The notes below the pieces were generated by a model, which searched no databases, was not told the origin of the DNA, and worked only from the letters and a program-made list of their open reading frames with translations. From contig NC_042998.1 in the NCBI RefSeq assembly GCF_006345805.1, positions 107,756,001-107,820,000 of the forward strand: 64,000 nucleotides of DNA. Direction: 5' to 3'. The translations under genes and the position numbers were made by a program. Origin of the DNA: Octopus sinensis (lineage: Eukaryota). Positions 10,288 to 23,620 of this stretch are shown here, piece by piece; the stretch's first letter is position 1; every line of letters begins with the position of its first letter.

Positions 10288-12394
10288 CTAAAACATATTA
10301 GTCTGTTTTTCACATTTGGGAAGCTTTATGGAATATTAACTGATTGCCAAAGGCTAAGTTTCATCTTCAAGGCTAGAAAATATTTCAGCCAATGAAGGAA
10401 ACTCTACATTTGTCATGGGAAAATTGTGATCCGTGGGACTTTCTGAATGGTACACCAAACAAAATATTACCTTGAATTTTTTAGAGTGTAGCCAGCTTCT
10501 TGAAAAAGATTGCCCATGCCTGGTCTACATGGTTACTTGACCATCTAGAAACAGCAGTCAAATCTCCCTCAAATCACAATCTCCATAAAATAAAAAGGAC
10601 ATATTGGATAATGTTGTTCAAGATATTCCAGGAAGAGAAAAGACAAGAATATCACAGGTGAAATATCTTTGACCATTGACCTGTTAGATCAGGGATGATA
10701 AGGGGTAAAAAGAACAACTTCAGTTTTGATCAATTGCTGACCCTCTCTTCAGAGTTCAAAACTCACATCAAGAGCAGTGATCATATATTTGGGATAGTGC
10801 TTCTATTACACACTGAAGTACCTTATGCTACAGATCCTGTATGGAATCTGTTAGCCATTACTCCCCTTTATATCATAACAATGGTGAGTTCTTACACTAG
10901 TACAGGGCAACATACAAGTAGAAAAGAGGTTATATTCAAATTTTACTCCAGCACTATGTCATACCTTCTATTATAAATAACAAATGACTTCTTTCAAATG
11001 AATAACTAATGATTTTTTCACAAATTTCTTCAGAAGATGATTATAGTCTACTGAACCAACCATAGAATTTATCTAATACATATTTTATCAATTTTGAAAG
11101 TACAAAGTGTGAAGTTAACTTTAGGGGAATTTGAACTCAGAATATAAAAAGACTTAATATCTGAAATGCACTTAGTCATTGACAACCATTTAATATCATT
11201 TACACTAGAGAAGCTGTCTGTCAGAACTGAAGCACTGTTCATTATTGTATCAGTTTCAGAGTTACCTTTTCCCTAGATTGATTATCTTTACTATGACTAG
11301 TGAAGTCAACATCACTCCCATGAGATTATTAATCAGAATTACTACTCTTCTAGACATGTTGAGTTCATGCTGTTTGCAGAGTACACAGCCCATGCAGAAT
11401 TTTATTCTGTTACTACTTACTAAGATAGGTTACTTTCCTTGTAGCTAATGTAGTCCAAGTTTCACTTGCAATGTAAATAATTTAACTATCAGCTAGTTGG
11501 AACTCTACTGAAATTACCATAGTTTGTTCTGATGTCTGGGGCAGATGGCTAAAATAAGGTTGCCAAGGGAAAACAGTAACATACTAACATGAAACAATAA
11601 TTGTAAGAGAAATATTAATTTTGCTTAGCTGAAATGCAATAGCTTCCTCATTACAGCTTCTAAGAAAATGAAAGAGAATATGTTATACTGAAGTTAGCAA
11701 ACTTACTTGACAGATTTAACTGCCTAAAGGCGAGAGAAAGTGAGAGAGGAGAGCTTGTGTTTGCAAGTCATCCCAAAACGTGGCACTCAACACACATAAA
11801 TAAATACACAGGAACCTACTTATTAGAATCATAAATCTGAATATTACCATTAAAATTTTCAAATAAACAACTATAATCACTACAAATCAAAAACTACACT
11901 AGCTTTGGAAATGTAGTAGGGTGTACAGTGATGTTGATTAACAGCAGTTATGAAAGTGATGGTGGTGGAATGGAGATATTAGTGTTTGCGTGTGTGTGTG
12001 TGATAACTTAGTCACTGGCAGTATTGGAGTATTGTGTAAATATGTACCCCCATACATTACATACATACCACAGATAATGATATTAGTTTTTTTTAAATCA
12101 GAACTAGTGGGTCCCAAAATGCTTATTTAAATTAATTAAAAATCATTCACTCATTAGAATTGAAGCTTCAGATGTTCTTATATCCTCTGATTAATGTTAT
12201 CAGTTATTGCTGCTAAAAATGCTTTGTCCAAAAGTGACCAATAACAATACACAATGGATTCTACTGCACACAAACAATTTTGTGTCTGAACTAAACACAG
12301 AACTCATAATATCTAATTCAGAAAATACAATATATTCTTAAATATCTACTTCAGCTACTTATAACAATATAACAGTGTAAACATATCAGCTTGC

Positions 12395-12543
12395 CTCTTA
12401 TCTGAACTGTAAACAATTGTTTCGATATTAGCAATCCATTCAGATAGAATCTGTTCTTTATTCTCCATATCATACACTTTGGTGGGTGATGTACACATAC
12501 GTTGTTCTACTGTCATTATTTCAGGGGGCATCTTCAGGATTTG
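12395..12543 (-). CDS. Dynein heavy chain-like exon 2 (QILKMPPE...ILSEWIANIETIVYSSDK)
   Basis: Acceptor tttccag, open frame, phase 0 to 2. Donor is the non-canonical AG|gcaagc (GC-AG). Resembles the DHC_N1 'W..QIE.VL' segment. Confidence 0.8.
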
Positions 12544-13086
12544 CTGGAAATAAATTTAAACAACCAATTCAATTAAACTCTTTATACTGAAAATCTTGGG
12601 GGGGGCAAACAAACAAACATTTTTTCACCTCAAACTACATTATTTAAGTGTTGATTTTTAAGGCAGTAGGAAACTTTAGTTGCCATCTCTAGCAGGTAGA
12701 GCGAGTGCATCAGCATTCTTGGTTGTCTCATTGTAGTAGTGTCAAGAAGAGGTGCAAGCAGTGGTTCAAGTCTAAGTGAATGAAAATAGGTGCAGATTGC
12801 ATATTTTCATGAAAAAATATTTGCAGAGGTAAAATACATCATTAAATGAAAGGGATTTACAAGAATAATCTTAATAAAATCTAGTATAGAAAGATAACAG
12901 GGCAACGCTATTAGTAGGAGAGGTTGGGAAGGTGAAGTATTGTATCAGAATAAAATCATATAAACATACTTATTGAATAAAATGATTTTATTTCTTTTAA
13001 TGTCTTTAAGGCCAGGTGTGGTTTATTAACACAACATGCTTTCTTCTGCAGAAGATGGGTGTGGCTAACTGACACAATGCTAAATT

Positions 13087-14992
13087 CTGAAGAAGACAGG
13101 TGTAATATCATCATCATCATCGTTGTCTTTTAATGTCTGCTTTCCATGCTGGCATGGGTTGGATGATTTGACTGAGGGTTGGCAAGCCAGAAAGCTTCAC
13201 CAGGCTCCAATCTGATCTGGCAAAGTTTCTATAGCTGGATGCCCTTCCTAACTCCAACCATTCCGAGAGTGTAGTGGGTACTTTTTACATGCCCCCATCA
13301 TGGGACCAGTCAGCCAGCACTGGGATTGACCACGTTCGAATGGTGCTTTTTACATACCACCGGCATGGGAGCCAGTCAGGTGGCACTGGCAATGACCATG
13401 CTTGAATGGTGCTTTTCATGTGCCACTGGTACGAGTGCCAATCAGGCGGTACTGGCGACAGCCACGACAATGACTTCACTTGACTCAACAGGTCTTCATA
13501 AGCGCAGTTTATTGCCCAATGATTGAAGGGTACTCTTAAATGGGCCAGTTATGCTGCACTGGCATAGGCCATAGTTACGGTCTCACTTGGTTTGCCAGGT
13601 CTTCTCAAGCACAGCATATCTCCAAAGGTCTCAGTCACTTGTCATCACCTCTGTGATGTCCAACATTTGAAGGTTGTGCTTCATTACTTCATCCCAGGTC
13701 TTCCTCTTCTACAGATTCTCTCTACTGCTAGGGTGTGACACTTTTTCACACAGCTGTCCTCATCCATACGCAACACATGACCACACCAATGCAGTCATCT
13801 CTCTTGCACATCACATCTGATGCTTCTTATGTCCAACTTTTCTCTTAGGGTGCTTACACTCTGTTGTGTATGCACACTGACATTACACATCCAGCGGAGC
13901 ATACTAGCTTTATTTCTTGCAAGCTTATGCAGTCCTCAGCAGTCATGGCCCATGTTTCATTGCCATGTAGAATGGCTATTTGCACACATGTCATACAATC
14001 TACCTTTTACTTTGAGCGAGAGGCTCTTTGTCACCAGCAGAAGTAGGAGCTCCCTGAATTTTGCCCAGGCTATTCTTATTCTAGCAGCTACACTCTCAGA
14101 GCATCCACCCTTATTACTGACTTGGTCACCTAGGTAACAGAAGCTTTCAACTACTTTTAGCTTTTCCCCCTGGCATGTGATGGAAGCTGTTTTCTGCACA
14201 TTTACAGTGATTATTGCCCCTGAGCATTTGCCATACACAAAAACGATCTTCCCAGTTAGCCTTCTTTTGATATTGCTGCACTTCTTATGTGTCCTTAGCT
14301 TACACCAGGTACATCTTAAGGAGTTTCTACCAATACCTTTTCTGTAGATTGAGCAGGACCATCTACCTAGAATGGATTTGTGATTTGTCTGCCTCCCTAC
14401 TTTAATAGTTTGACTCTAAGGCCCTTCGATTCTAGACCTTTTTCCCACACCTGAAACTTCTCTAGTTCTGATAGTGACTCAGCAATTAGAGCAAGGTCAT
14501 AGACATAGAGGAGTTCCCAGGGGCAGCCTGTCTTGAATTCCTCTATTATTGCCTGGAGGACTATGATGAATAAGAGGGGCTGAGGACTGACCCTTGGTGG
14601 ACCCCTACCCATAACCAGAATTCTTCACTATATTCATTGCCAACCACCACCTTACTAACAGCATCTCTGTACATGGTTTGTACAGCTCTCACCAGCCATG
14701 GATCTATCCCTAGTTTCTGTATTGACCACCAGCTAAGGGATTGGGGGACCCTGTCAAAGGCTTTCTCCATGTCAATGAAAGCCAGGTACAGAGGTTTACC
14801 TTTGGCGAAGTATTTCTCCTGTAGCTGTCTTACCAGAAATATAGCATCAGTGGTGCTTTTCCCTGGTACAAACCCAAATATAGCATCAGTGGTGCTTTTC
14901 CCTGGTACAAACCCAAACTGCATCTCATCTAAACTAACTCTCTCCCTAATTAGTTAGGCTATGACCCTCTCCGGGACTTTCATTACCTGATT
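13087..14992 (-). mobile_element. Degenerate 5'-truncated RTE-clade LINE with (GAT)n tail
   Basis: RT motifs 'FGFVPGKSTTDAIF..RQLQEKY', 'AFIDMEKAFDRVP', 'GVHQGSVL'; the (CAT)n tail is at 13087-13101 on the plus strand. Confidence 0.92.
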
Positions 14993-16989
14993 CAACAAAT
15001 TGTATAAGCTACATTTGCCTTATAAGCTTCATTATCATCTTGTATTTTCTTCCTTTTTTTTTGTGTCCTGCATAAAAAGACTTGCTATTAATACTTAAGT
15101 TTGATGTACTTTTTTAAAATCTTATTTTCTTTCTTTAGATAATCATATCTCAATATAATTTTTTAAATAAAAATATAAAAGTCATATTAGTATCTTTGAG
15201 CAAGTTTTAATTTTTTCAAAACACAGTAACAAGGCTTTTTAAAAAAAAATAAAGTGCATTTTTATCTTCGATAATTTCATCTGAGTTGTTTTTATTAAAA
15301 AAAATAAATATATAGCTAAAATCTCACCTTACATCACAGAACATCGCTTCTGAACTATAGTGAAGGCAACTCATCAAGGGAGTTGGACACCCCTAACAAA
15401 ACAAACAATATACAAAAAGTGAAGTACTCTAAGTATGGACACTCAGCCCAGCTAGTAGAGCAGTAATTGCAAATATAAACTGATACAGGACGGAAGGGAC
15501 ACCTTAGATCTGGTTAACATGCTTTCTAGTGTTGGTGACATTGACATGATAAAATACACCATGTAAAGTGGTTGAGGATAGATGCCAAGCTATATCATAT
15601 CTTATAATACAGAGAGAAATAGTTTTCCAGTCCTGGTGGGACTGAGAATTAAAATAAATTATTTGTTGCTGTTATATAGCTGTAATATCTCAAGATATTC
15701 CAGCTATGATCACATACTGTGTATCTAGAAATATATTATCTAGTGTGTCCTCCCCCTTTTCAAGATTAGGGTGTAATTTGAGGAGAATTGGGCTGCTATT
15801 TCAAGCCATTCAACTAACTGTTTAGAGGCTTACTCACTGGTGAGTATTTGCTTTTGTGAATGAATTTAGTCTTTACATTTTCTTCTTGTTTAGGATTAGG
15901 GTCAGTCAGCAACAACAGTATGAAATAGAATCATGCTGGTACTTGTTCAATTTGAATTAATGGTAGGTTTCCAAGGGATTAAGCTATAGAAAGACATAGT
16001 GTTTCTGTGGCTACTTGTCTTGCCAGAAATAGTTGCAAAATCTACTTCATATCAAATCATATTGTCTGAAAGAAAGTACATATAGAATAATATAGTCCTA
16101 GATACACTGTATCGGAAAACAAAGATGGGGTTATCATGACCAGAATCTCTTTAATCATAGCTAAACTGGTGTTAAACTACAACTAGATAAACTATGATAT
16201 GCATTCTCTATAATTTTGTTCCAAAAGCCATACTAGGGTATATTTTTACCAATTTCATTTCTTTTTGTTTCACCAGTTTATCATCTTGCAACTTAGCAAC
16301 CCATCCAAATATTTGTATCCTTCACGTTCCTTCAGTTAGTCAACTGCTTAGCTGAAAGATTAATTTAATTTGTGGGCATAGACATGGTTGAAAGAAGTTT
16401 GCTTCACAGTCACATGGTTTTGGACTCAATCTGACTGTATGGCACCTTGAGCAAGTGCCTTTTACTACAGCTTCAGGTCGAGAGGGAAAACTGTACAGAA
16501 GTCCAATGGATAGACTATGTTTGTTGTAGTAGAGTGGTAGTCTTAAATCTGTCACTTGGTTTAACACTAACATCTGGCTCTTTGGCACTATTCAGTGGAG
16601 TCTATTATATTACAGGCATCCAAATTCTGAGATAATCAGAGTCATAGATGTTTGTTATATTAACCCAAGTCAAGGAGGTTATGTAAAATCATCCTGGACT
16701 TGTCCTTCTTCTCAGTTATGGAAAAGAAGAAAAAGAAGAAGAAAAAGAAGAAGAAGAAGTAGTAGTAGTAGTAGGTGAAATATCACTGAAAGTGCAATTT
16801 TAAGATAGAACATTTTTGAAAAATATATTCTTCATTATAATATATTTATAAACCCTTCTACCTTCGGTTTTTTATTTTGATGTCAAGAAGTAAACAAATG
16901 TACTTATGGAATAGAATTAAAGGTGTAATCTATTTATATTACTCTGCTACTGTACAATTACATTGGTAAAACTTTTAAAAATCTTAACA

Positions 16990-17720
16990 CACTGCACTAC
17001 ATCCTTACATAAAGAAAAGAGCACTTGGATGAACTTGAACCCAGGGTTTGAGTGAATAAAGTACAGTAGCTGTCCAACAGCTGTAAATGAAAAAAAGAAA
17101 AGCAGTAATATAACTGTAGGCATCACTGTATGAATTTTTTTCTTTTTACAACCATATACTTTCAGATAGGAATTTTTAGATTCATCTCCAGGTAGGATTG
17201 GACATTCAGAATGTCCCTGGAAGATTGTGGTTGATTCAATTACAACGGATATTTTGAAGCAGGTCTCTAACATCAGTGTCTTTTCACCGAGCAAGTCATT
17301 GTTGAATTCTTTCATTCTGGACTGCCATCACTAGCCTGTCTCTTAGAAGTTCATTGAATTTATTCCCAAATTTACACATCTCAGACATTTTTCTATGTGT
17401 TGAAAGATACTAGCATATGGTCTCTTGGTCTGTTCTGTATAGACAAAAGAATAAAAAAGGCTCATGCTATTGGAAACATGGTAAATGTTTCTTCATGAGC
17501 CGACAGATTTGTAAAATGTTTTTTTACTTGGTTTATTATTGGATAGACCTCAAAGCTTGAACAATTTTCTGCACCAACTACAGACAAAAGTATAACTCAT
17601 TTCTTATTGTCTTCTTTCTTCTACATCATTGACTGCAAAGAAAAACCTTAAATGTTCCACATAATTCATCCAATAGTCCTCTATACTGTTCCATTCATTT
17701 ATAGCTGCAAACAATGACAT
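16990..17720 (-). mobile_element. Gypsy LTR-retrotransposon gag relic
   Basis: Manual translation gives 'MSLFAAINEWNSIEDYWMNYVEHLRFFFAVNDVEE', 'ILLSVVGAE' and 'CKFGNKFNELLRDRLV..VQNERIQQ.LL.EK.L.LE', typical Gypsy gag, with stops and frameshifts. Confidence 0.75.
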
Positions 17721-18010
17721 TCTGAAGATGTATCTTCATTAAATATTTCTCTAAATCTTTTTGTACATTTACTTATATTTTGTTGCCAATGTTTTAAATA
17801 GGATTAAAATGTAAATGATGCACAATGGAGTTTATCAATTCAAGATGTCTCCCCCGTCAGTTCCAAGCACTTTTTATACCTTTTCTGTGCTAGAAAGCTG
17901 AGCTGATAACTGGACAACTAACGCTGCAGTTGTTACCCTACTTTTCCATGTTCTAGGTGCAACACAGATTATATTCCTGTACTTCAAGAATATATAGATT
18001 TAGGAAGCCC

Positions 18011-19167
18011 ATTGTGTAGATTACGATTACATCGAAATGTAATGAGAAGCTAAAATTGGTGGGTGTACACACATACATATCTATAAAATGAAACTTGAAA
18101 TGTTTATGCTACTTGAAAACCAGTGCTATTGGTTATATCCTGTCACATTTATTCATCGGTGCCCATACTTAAGCGTCTAAAATTGGAAATATAATCTTGA
18201 TTCAATTCTGCATATCTAGTCTTCTTTAAAAGCATGCTGTGACCTAGTTTTTTAAGAGCAGTTCAACATGTGACTGTCACCTGTTTTTGAGTCAAATATC
18301 CTTCATATCACATTGAACTATTTTTTTTGTTAAGAAAAAAAAAATGCATACTTTGGATAAGTAAACTATGCTTGAAGATTAGAAGATGATATGATTATGG
18401 GTCTGCTGGATGAGATTCGATTTGCCTTCGATCATAGGTCTTCTGAATTAGACTTGATCTGGGCTAAACAATATTAACAGCTCGTGACAGACTCAAGTAT
18501 GTAAGTGCTTGAGTGTTTCCTTGTTCACTTTGCTCGTGTTCATGAGAGACAATGTGTGACTGAGCGTGTTTCATTGTTCATCTTATCGCAGATTGCTTAT
18601 GTTTATGCATGTATGTATGTATATTTGTGTATGTCAGTAATATGTATGTGTTTATGTGCATATATGTATAAAATTGAAGAAATAAAGGAATGCCAAATTA
18701 AGATGATTTTAAACTTGTTCAACATCATGGTGAGGAAAAGAGAATTATATTGATGCGAACACTATTTCATATTCTCGTTAATAAAGAGACGGGCAAAAAT
18801 TTACCAATATTTTTGGGTTGTTGAAGGAAGAGTGAGAACAAGTGTACAAATGCATTCCTTATTTCTGTGAGGCAGGTGTTGCTATTCTGAAAGTCAGGGA
18901 GGGGCTGATTTTAAAATAATATATTTTGAAAAAAAACATCTCTCAGAATCGTAGTCTCCGTATTTTTACCATTCAATACATAAGATATCTCCCCACACTG
19001 TTTTACGTTTGATCTTATGCTTCACATAAAATATACAATACTAGCAGACCCATGTCACTATCACAATTTTTTCAAAATTCCATGTTTCATTTTATAGATA
19101 TGTATGTGTGTGCACCCACCAATTTTTGCTTCACATTACATTTCTATATAATCGTAATCTACACCAT
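18011..19167. mobile_element. Non-autonomous DNA transposon-like element with ~90-bp inverted repeats
   Basis: 18011-18105 is the reverse complement of 19075-19167 (tgtagattacgatta...ctataaaatgaaac). Confidence 0.65.
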
Positions 19168-19461
19168 CTGAAAGGTATTTACAGAAAATTTCATTAAAAA
19201 AAATACCGATTTTTCAGTAAATTACGAGGAAACAAACCCAATTTGAGTGAATTTTCCGAAACTCATGTACCCCCATTCTCACAAAAACATTTTCACAACA
19301 AATTCTGATATAATTAGAATCTATAGCATCTAAAGCGTACTTGCAGATAATTTCATTTAAAAATACTCATTTTTCTAAAAGCTATGAGGAAACAAACTCG
19401 GTGGTTACACTTGTGTAGATACACCATATATAAATAAATAAAACTGAATATTCAAAATTAC

Positions 19462-19986
19462 CATTATTGGCAAATGCTTGCCAGATTCAGTCAAAACTTC
19501 TGAACATTTTTCTATATTCTGTAGAAGAGTCTTTTGTCTGTCTTCGCAACAATTACTCCAGTTTTTAGAATTTTTGAAAAACGGTAAAAATATTTCCGAC
19601 ATTTTCAGAGAAAAGATTTTCAATGGGTTTCCCTTGATCTCACCACAAAGAATTTCTGTGCAGATAGAACTTTCAGCTATTACATTATCTGTATTTCTCC
19701 TGAGAAAATAAAGAAATATTAAGTCTTTTTCAGCAATTGACTCTGCCAGAGAAGACAAAGTTTCTGTGCTTAATACAAGAGAGGAAGTTATGTCCGATTT
19801 TTCAGTTGCTTTTCTATTTCTGTATACAAATAAATACTTTGGGGAATCCACCTCAAAAAATTTATCAAGTTGGTCGAGGATTTTTTCCTGCGACAAATAC
19901 GACTCAAAAACTTCAGGTTGGAATGTTTTACCAACCTTAAACGTTTGCTGTATTTTAGCAGCCACCCACCAGTGACGTTCATCCAT
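19462..19986 (-). CDS. Axonemal dynein heavy chain-like gene, first coding exon (175 codons, MDERHWW...HLPIM)
   Basis: Open ORF from ATG 19986. 'SEIFLPFFKNSKNWSNC...LLQNIEKCSEVLTES' resembles the N-terminus of outer-arm dynein heavy chains (DNAH5/8-like). The donor ATG|gtaatt is phase 0 and matches the next exon. Confidence 0.85.
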
Positions 19987-20099
19987 TTCTGTGACTTATT
20001 TATTCCAGCCTTCTTCAATGTTAAATAAAAGCATTGAGATACTAAACAACTCCAAAAAGTTATGCACAAAACTCACAGGAAAAGGAGAAAGAAAATTAT

Positions 20100-20490
20100 G
20101 TTTGTTGTCATTAGCGACGTTAAGTGCTTTCGGTATATTTGATATGTTGTAACAATTGACTCATTTTCACGACACAATTTCTATTTATATGTATATATCG
20201 ATATTAAATAGTGTTTTCAATGAATTTAATTATAATTTAATTATTCATAACTATCTCTAGAATCTTAAACCTTGATAGTGATTTCTTAACACGACGTAAT
20301 ATATTACACTTCCGGTTGTCTGCTATTTTCAATATGTACATAAGATTCTGTAAATAAATTGCTTTTGTTCGAACTGACGTCTAGTTAAATAACCACAGCT
20401 TTCTGTAAAATGATTATTGTGGAATCGGTAATAGAAGCTTTCTAATGAACAGAGATAGAATCGTTCAACGAATTATTTCGACTGATGAAA
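20100..20490. promoter_or_regulatory. Putative promoter region (locally CpG-retaining, ETS-like ACTTCCGG at ~20308)
   Basis: More CG dinucleotides than the flanks; non-repetitive; immediately 5' of the dynein gene. Confidence 0.4.
20104..20118. promoter_or_regulatory. Candidate RFX X-box upstream of the dynein gene
   Basis: GTTGTCATTAGCGAC resembles GTNRCN-N(0-3)-RGYAAC and lies ~120 bp upstream of the ATG. X-boxes are typical of ciliary genes. Confidence 0.4.
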
Positions 20491-21517
20491 AATACTGAAG
20501 TAAATTTCATGGAAGGCCAATGAGCTGAAAACAACAGCTGAATCTCTCAAAATCCTCTCCACTCACATAATAGAGGAAGGACAACACGTTTGATAATATA
20601 GAATTAATTTCACAAAATTAATTGAACTAAATTTATATGTTATCCAGCGAATTATGTAATTATTTAATTACTGACTGCACTAAATGTGGTTGATACTTTT
20701 GAAGTGTACACGAAGTATATACTGTCATGTGTAACAATACACTTGGACAAAGAAACAAACATTTTTTTATCTTTCAGTGAAGAAGGGGAACTGTCTTAGC
20801 CTGGTTTCTAACTTTGAAATCTCTTCAGGCCACTACATCATGTTGACGTCACTGTAGCCTTGTATTCGCTTGTATTATTATTCTTTCATTGGTTTGTGTC
20901 AGAAACTTATTTGTTCAATCCCTATTTGTCAAACTGCTAAGTTAAAGAACATAAAAGAATGTAACATAAGCAATACCAGTTTTTAGACTTGTCTAAACAG
21001 TATATATGGTGTTTTGCACAGTTTTTTCCCCTACTAAATTCCACTTACAAGATATCAATCCATCTCAGGCCATATCAGAAGATACTCATTCTTATTCTTG
21101 GATAACAGCTCTGGATGTGTTTCGCTTTTTGTAGATCTCAGTAAAGTATAAGTTTCCCTGTACTTGCCAATGAACCATGTTAAAGCTTGACAAAAAATAT
21201 ATTCTTAGTATGTGATTTTGATATTTGTTAAAGAACATTTGTTAATCCTCTCATCAACCACCAATTTGCATTTTATCAACTCTAGCTTGGATTATATTCA
21301 ACCGAAATGATATTGCTATTTTTATTCACTCTTATTTTATTGTCAAGATTAAAACACCTCTCCATCTTCTAATTAATAGATATATTAAAGAATTTAAGAC
21401 TCATTCGACCAAGCAATATTAAAAATAATGTTAAGAAGAAGCTAGTGACAGAAGATAGGATGTATAGTATAAGTACATTTGGGTCTCTCACTGATTATGT
21501 TCCTACTAAGACTCTAA

Positions 21518-22416
21518 TATGAGGTGTGTTCAAAAAGTAACTGAGTTTATTTTTTCCCACCAAAACTAATACCACATGGGCAAAATCCTTTGGGTGGCAG
21601 GTGATGCTGCCTTTCCTACACGTGTACCCATTTCCATACTTGTAGGTCATGTCAGTACCTGGCTGTTATGCCTAGAGTACAGATGTGTAGTGTGTATTCA
21701 TCAGATTTTCATTTTCACTGAATGCATTGAGCAGAGATATTGCATCAAGTTTTGCCAAAAGCTTGTTGATACTAAAGCAGAAAACAACCCAGAAGATTCA
21801 GTAGGCTTTTAGCAGTGGTGCCATGAGCAAAACTCAGATCAAGGAAAAAGTACAACCATTTCAAACATGGCTGCATCTTAGTGGAGAGCAAGGCATGCTC
21901 AGGCAAACCATTCACAAGTTGAAACGAGGAGTCAGTTGAGAAGGTTCAGTGAATTGTCATGGAAGACCATTGGATAACAATACAGGAAATTGCTCACAGA
22001 AAAGGAATAAGCACAAGATCATTGTATTCCATTTTAATGGAAGATTTGTGCATGCGGAAAGTATTGGCGAAATTCACCCTCAGGATGCTAAACAAAAGCA
22101 ACTCTGCTTGGAAGTTGCTCAGACATGCTGAACTGTGCAAACACGACCCACATTTCATAATAACCATCACTAGTGATGAAACATGGTTTTATGGTCTCTG
22201 CTCAATCATCTTGTATGAAAACAAAAATCCAACAAATGTGCACTACATGTCTGTATTCTATGCATAACAGCCAAGAACTGATGCAGCCTACTAGCATGAA
22301 AATTTTCATGCATATGCAGGAAGAATGGCATCACTTCCCACCCAAAGGATTTTGCTATGCAGCATTAGTTTGGTGAGCAAAAATTAAATTCAGATACTTT
22401 TTGAATGCATCTTGTA
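21518..22416 (+). mobile_element. Internally deleted mariner element with both TIRs and TA duplication
   Basis: TIRs TA|tgaggtgtgttcaaaaagta... and ...tactttttgaatgcatcttg|TA; transposase remnants 'CIKFCQKL', 'RKVLAKF', 'ITSDETWFYG'. Confidence 0.9.
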
Positions 22417-22999
22417 TGCTCCCCACACTGTTTCTTCAGTACCCTCTTGTTTGTATATTACCACTTTCCTTATCACTTTATATTTTTTCTATGTAATATC
22501 ATAGCTAATATACCTCACCATCACCTTTCTGTACTGCTCTCTCTTTCTCTCTTGTTGCTATCATTGCCATTTCCCAACTAGTTTCTTCCATCATACCCTT
22601 GCTTCTTTCAAACTCTTGGTCACATTCTCTTAAATAAGAAAAAATAACCAAGAATAGTAAGAACTTTTTATTCTTGCAGGGTACAAAGTGACCTCATTAG
22701 CACAAGTAGCATTGATAAACCATACCAAAAGTGATACATATGAATGAGATGTAGTCTTCTGATCCATCTAGGAAAGCGGTTAATCTGAATAAGATGTGAC
22801 TTGTCCAAAACATGTCAGCTTTCCAACCTGGCATAAAATCATGATGATGACTTCTTCAATTTTATTTGGCAGTTGTCATATTTTACATGTAGACTCTGAT
22901 TCCAGTCCACCTTTTGTGTGAGTTAATGTTACACATTTAATGGGTTACAACCAACCTATTTTTCTTCAGTATTCACAAAATTTCACATTTCACACTCTC

Positions 23000-23620
23000 A
23001 TCTCCTCATACCTCAATCTATGTTTTACATGTAGAGACATTACTCAATAACCACAGAAAATATCATTGTAACTTTCATCTGTTGAACATGAACACCATGC
23101 AACTAGAGTCCTTGCAATTCCTTTAAATGGCCTTAATATCCCTGATGATCTTTCCTGGCAAATACACATCTTTAACATTTCAAAAGCTGCATCTTAAAGA
23201 CCAATTTTTTTCTACAGAAGCGAAAAATTCATCAGTTCCTTACAACTACTATACCTCTACAAAGCCCAGGTGAGATCACAATGGAGTATTACCCTTAAAT
23301 CTGAGGAAGTGTTGCTGTTATTCACACACAGATATCCTAAACCTCATCCAGGAAAACAACACAGGACTGCTAGGCATGAAATCCTTAGACATAATTCAGT
23401 CTCTGACCCACAGATAAGCTATCTCCTTGCTGTCTTTTCTGCTGCCACAACAATGACTTTTGTTCCTTGAAGCTGGTTGGTCTCATGCTATCTCTGTTCA
23501 TTTGTCACACATATTATATCCAGCTTCTCTTCACCCACCCACTGTCCAGGCCTGGCACTAGCACTTGTTTGCATTAATGATAAGTTCATCCATAGCCCAT
23601 CAAAAGAATATCTGAAGGGT
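23000..23620 (+). mobile_element. Highly degenerate CR1/Jockey-type LINE 3' fragment
   Basis: Manual reading 'LNIPDDLSWQIHIFNISKAAS...QLLYLYKAQVRS' resembles the post-RT 'LSW..HI..I.K.AS...LYKAQIRP.LEY' segment. Confidence 0.6.
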
